Notes under the pieces: model-generated
Database searches by the model: none
What the model saw: the letters and a program-made list of their open reading frames with translations, nothing else
Told to the model about the DNA's origin: nothing
Translations under genes and position numbers: made by a program
Part shown: positions 59,733-64,000 of the stretch, piece after piece
How positions within the stretch are numbered: position 1 is the stretch's first letter
How the letters are laid out: every line of letters starts with the position of its first letter
Assembly: GCA_040954595.2 (NCBI GenBank)
Contig: CM082581.2
Span: 6,192,699-6,256,698 of the forward strand
Direction: 5' to 3'
DNA from: Balanoglossus misakiensis
Lineage: Eukaryota; Animalia; Hemichordata
Length of the DNA stretch: 64,000 nt

Positions 59733-61492
59733 TTAGCTGCTTTCTGTTTTCCTCTCAGGGTTTTCGCCGGCAGTTAACATTTCTGAACTAGTATCCAGCT
59801 TGGTCTTCTTCGATCTCCATTTCTGTGCGAGGGGGAATCGCAATTTGTAAATTAATGTCGGTGTGTCTAAACAAGATTAATATCAGGATCAAAGTGGTTT
59901 TCGTATCATAATATTTGAATCAGGCGCTATTCTATACTGGCGAGTTGTTAACGAGGGCATAATGTATGGATACGTACTTCCATCCACGTTGACTGTGCGC
60001 CACTACATGTATATTTATGGTACATACCAGATATTACGTCGAATGGAGTGTGCCTTTACTAGTGAAGTGAACCTATTTTGACAACGTAGAATCAGTGCAC
60101 ATAAATAAAGCTTACCCAGAATTTGGACACAATCGGTGAGCTGGGTGATCTCTTGAAACCTGAAAAAAAACCCAGGAAAATGTCAGTAATGAACAAAATA
60201 TGTAAGTCTGTGTTATGTTACATAAATTTTATATATGGATACAGACATGTATTCCTCAAAGCGGTTAACTACTTGCATTCACATTTTTACTTACGTCGTG
60301 CTCCTTTCTTACTTGCTGAGATGCCGTCGGTTGTTGGCGACAATTCCATGGCGACTTCTTCGGCAATTTTTTGCTCTAAATCGAAGGATCTGTTGTCCGG
60401 ACTACACGCGTTGCGGCCATCACTCATTCCATCGTCTTTCTTCAACTCTCGGAGGCTAGTCTCACGACGGAAGTGATCCATCAGTTCGCTCGTCCCGCCT
60501 TCGATGATCCCTTCTCCTCCGCCCATCATTATCTCTCTGACCGCCGTCTTCTGCAACTTTGTCGCCAGCTGGTCGATGACTTCCCGCTGGCCGATCGTCG
60601 CCGCCTCCAGTTTCTGTATAGCCGCGTTTTTGGTGGCGAGCTGAGATTTCAACAGCGCTATTTCCCGCGTTGCCTTCAGTTCAGACATGTCCCGCAAACC
60701 GCTGTCGGAGTTGGGTGTGTGGGCACCGACGTTCGTCTCCTTGAGAAGTTCTTTGAACGAGTGCAACATCGCGCTGATTCCACCCTGGCCGGCGTCGACC
60801 TCGCTTTTCAAGAACCCCTTTACCTCCAGCATCTCGGAGTAAAATTCCTTGATACTGTCGATACCTTTCTTCAGCTGCAAAACGGTTGTCACGGTGCCCT
60901 GCTCTCTAACTTCTCTGACCTCGAGGTCATCTTCTAGTTTCTGAATCTTCTCGACCAACGCTTCGTTCTCTCGCTGGCTGGTTTCCCGAAACTGTCGTTC
61001 GTTCTGAAGGAGACTGCGCGCGATGACTACATCAGTCAGAAGTTTACTGAACTCTACCTCGATTTCTGCCGCCGTGCCCTGTTCGTCGACTTTTGCTCGT
61101 CCCAAGTCCTCCTCGAGATTCAGGATCTTCTCTGTCAGCACGCCGTTCTCTTGCTGGGTGCTTTCCCATATCTGTCGCTCGTACTCGAGTAAACCTTGCA
61201 AAATGGCCACTTCGGTGACGGTTTTGCTGAATTCCTCCTCGATTTTGCGCCTCTCTTTCGCGGTGATCCTCTTGCGCTGTCTTTCCATCGCCAGTTGTAT
61301 CTGCAGAGCTCGCACTCGCCGCTTTAACAATCGCCGTGCCTCCGCACCGCTCTCGTCTTTTGCACGAGTCTCCCTTTCATGCGTTTCTTCTTTGTCCGCA
61401 TCTGCAGTTTCCGATATCTTCATAAGCAAAGCAGCCCCGATTCCACCAATGGCTAGACCGGCCAAAAACGATTCTCCGCCGAATGCATCCAT
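59733..61492 (-). CDS. Uncharacterised coiled-coil protein with N-terminal hydrophobic anchor, about 443 aa, 3 exons
   Basis: Exons 61492-60295, 60159-60116, 59822-59733 with GT-AG introns, frame-consistent (1332 nt). N-terminus MDAFGGESFLAGLAIGGIGAALLMKI, heptad-rich E/K/L/Q body, and a 60-aa tandem repeat. Confidence 0.8.
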
Positions 61493-61997
61493 TTTTATGA
61501 CGCGAGACTGTGATTGAAAAAAAATCAACTGACAAATGCCGACTTTGGTGGGAACGTTCGGTGAATCGCGACTGTACTTGACCAGGTTGACGGGTAACTT
61601 TTAAAACTGTTCCAAGTCGACGCGCCACTGCGCAGCGTTCTTCATGCGCGCACGGGCTGCGCGCGTGCGTTAAAATGTATAAAAAACCCTACTAACTCCG
61701 TCAGTTTTCACTAGAAATTTAATGAAAATAGACATTTATTTTCGACAAAACATTCAGAAAATTTCCAGAGCGGATCTTTACCTTTATCATTTGAAATATT
61801 AAGCTTACAAAGTAACGTGTGTAATGCTTCCCCGACACTTCCAATGTTAATTGAACGTTCGTTCGAGGTGCAGTGCAAGACAATCTTGACATGGAGGTGC
61901 CAACATCTTCTGCCCTGCAAAGTGGTGGAAGTAGTTCAGCTTCTTTAGGTTTAAAATTCCCCAGGACGCAATTAGCCTCATGTACGTACCATACATG

Positions 61998-62813
61998 CTA
62001 CAGCTTCTTGCTGACCATCTCCTCGTACAAGGGCGTGCACTCGTCGACAAATCGCCTCAGTTTCTCCGGGAGCTCTGTCAAATCCACGTCGGAGTCGGAC
62101 GATGGTTTGAAGCAAGAACTTTCCGCGGCCTCTTTGAAGAACAGACGGGGGATTTCGGAGTCCGCCGAGGAATACGGGAAATGGCTAAAGTTTCCCGGTT
62201 CCCATTTCAAGAAGGATTCGCTGAATGGCAACCCGGTCGCTTGACAGTACTTCTGCAAAGTCTCCCTTGGATAATTGGCCAGATCTTCGGAGTCCACCAC
62301 GATCGGGCGCTCTTTCAGTTCCTCTGTGACGTACCTGTACAGGTCGTACATTTTCCCCAGACCGCAGGTGTTAATGCACCAGGATACCATTGTATCCAAG
62401 TCAGGCGACGGCGTCGTGACACCATTACCGGCCCTGAACGCAGACAGAATCGAAGCTCTGGGGTCACGAACAAGAAACGTGTTGACGTACCCGCGTGGAA
62501 TATATCGATAGCGGTCTCGGCCTCCGAAAAACATATCCTTGACAAAGACGGCCGTTTTACCGGGGAAAGGTTTTTCCAGCATCGTCTGTACATCCACGTA
62601 CTTGTATCCAGGTATGGTCGGCCTTGTTGTGCTCAATCTTGGCTTCATATGTTGTTCTTCGCCGAGGGAGTATGCCGTTGCGAATGGTTCATGAATAACA
62701 CGGATGCGTTTGTCTGACGCTATGGCCAGTTCAAACACAGTTGACCTGGATCTGGGATGGGACCACAGGATTACACGAGTTGGCGGCTCCCGCGAGTCAG
62801 AACACACATCCAT
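61998..62813 (-). CDS. Sulfotransferase-like P-loop protein (family often annotated 'branched-chain-amino-acid aminotransferase-like'), 271 aa, single coding exon
   Basis: RVILWSHPRSRSTVFE (5'-PSB-like loop), VIHEPF, VFVKDM, NTFLVRDPRASILS (3'-PB-like), PIVVDSEDL..YP...LQKYC...GLPF.ESFLKW, F..A..SS.F. Confidence 0.85.
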   Translation of the reverse strand: MDVCSDSREPPTRVILWSHPRSRSTVFELAIASDKRIRVIHEPFATAYSLGEEQHMKPRLSTTRPTIPGYKYVDVQTMLEKPFPGKTAVFVKDMFFGGRDRYRYIPRGYVNTFLVRDPRASILSAFRAGNGVTTPSPDLDTMVSWCINTCGLGKMYDLYRYVTEELKERPIVVDSEDLANYPRETLQKYCQATGLPFSESFLKWEPGNFSHFPYSSADSEIPRLFFKEAAESSCFKPSSDSDVDLTELPEKLRRFVDECTPLYEEMVSKKL

Positions 62814-64000
62814 TTTTTAGCCAGACACTGGTGGGTCGATTGGGAGAATAAAGAGAGATGGCAGGATCTTACGCGGCTCTCTAGAACATGGAAAATCACG
62901 GCCTTTTATCCTGGTTCACAGTCCTGCAGTCGCAAAGACCACAGCTCAGTCGAGAGAACAAGGTCAAAGATCGCCGCATTTAACCTTTCGAAATACTTTG
63001 TAGTGTATTATGAAAGCCTCATAACGGATACCTGTCGGTGGTGCGATTTAAAAAAAATGTCACGTCGAACTGCCTTGGTTCATGTGGTTAGGGAGCGCTC
63101 TATTATTACGGCCGGGAGGGCCGGAAAATTAGTCAATGTCTAAGATTTCAACGATCCCGTGGAGGAAATTACATAGGCTTGCAAAAGCATACCACCAAAT
63201 GACAATTTGCAGAGATGCAGCGACAGGTATTTTGATGAAAACTAAGTGAGCCCCTCTCCACGGATTAATGGTCAACTGCAGGTGAACGGCTGATACAAAC
63301 TTTTCTAACTCCCTGAAGTCGATTGCGATCCAAACAAAGAGGCCCAGGTGTGTGAGGTTTCTGGCCTCATAATTCTGATATAGACATTTGGCCAGAGTCT
63401 GTGTTTACTCAGCCAACGAAATGCGTAAGTTTCACGACCTTGGAATGAAAAAAATATAAACATCAACACGGCGATAAATCGTTATCAGCAGAACGTTGAG
63501 GGCACTATCACATAATGAAGCAGTCAGGCAGCAACGACCCTGGATCATAGAGTGAGCCCAGACTCGCGGGTCACGTAAACATGTTGTTGACGGGCTTAGT
63601 GGCACGTCGCCGGCTGCAAAAAACGTCAGCTTTCCGTCCGGATTTCGCCAGAACCTGTTTTGGTTTCTTTGCTTTCCCGTTTACATATGTGTCAGTGCGA
63701 ACGCTAGCTCGTCAAATGACCGTTAATCACGGTGTTTTCTAAACTTTGCAGCGCCCCCAACGTTATCTTGTTTTCAAATGCGGAAGTGGTGTGCTGATTT
63801 CCCGCGTAATTTTCTAAGCTTATTTACGTCGGAATAATCGTATTTTACCAGTCATTTTCACCATTTATCGATAGTTTGTAGTTTAAGCTATTAAACGACA
63901 CATTTTTACCGAAATATCTTGATAAACCTTGCGGAAAACTGATAAAACTTACAGTGACCCGAAATTTGGAAAAATAATAAACATCGAATTTATAGTGTTT

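Noticed and set aside
61998-62009. C-terminal -KKL as a peroxisomal signal
   Set aside because: Non-canonical first residue; too weak to call.
60473-62717. Plus-strand ORFs of 123-245 aa
   Set aside because: Antisense to the coiled-coil and sulfotransferase-like genes.

Overview
Eukaryotic, intron-rich animal DNA (AT-rich, GT-AG introns; the gene content and one extracellular domain suggest an invertebrate deuterostome such as a hemichordate or echinoderm, which is an inference). The first ~21.8 kb has no convincing protein-coding gene and holds MITEs and microsatellites. Seven genes follow. (1) An intronless, internally duplicated 288-aa orphan ORF. (2) An 11-exon allantoicase (minus strand) ending in the peroxisomal signal -SKL. 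(3) A 24-exon NUP107, head-to-head with allantoicase, whose intron 2 is a U12-type minor intron. (4) A small secreted, probably GPI-anchored protein. (5) A 19-exon atypical protein kinase (HND catalytic loop, DFS instead of DFG) whose acidic N-terminal stalk was built by tandem duplication of exon+intron units. (6) A 3-exon membrane-anchored coiled-coil protein. (7) An intronless sulfotransferase-like protein. All exon models were assembled by hand from splice signals and frame continuity. No rRNA, tRNA, CRISPR array or autonomous transposon was recognised. I found no clearly demonstrable new multi-gene system; the best candidates for novelty are the kinase and the orphan proteins.
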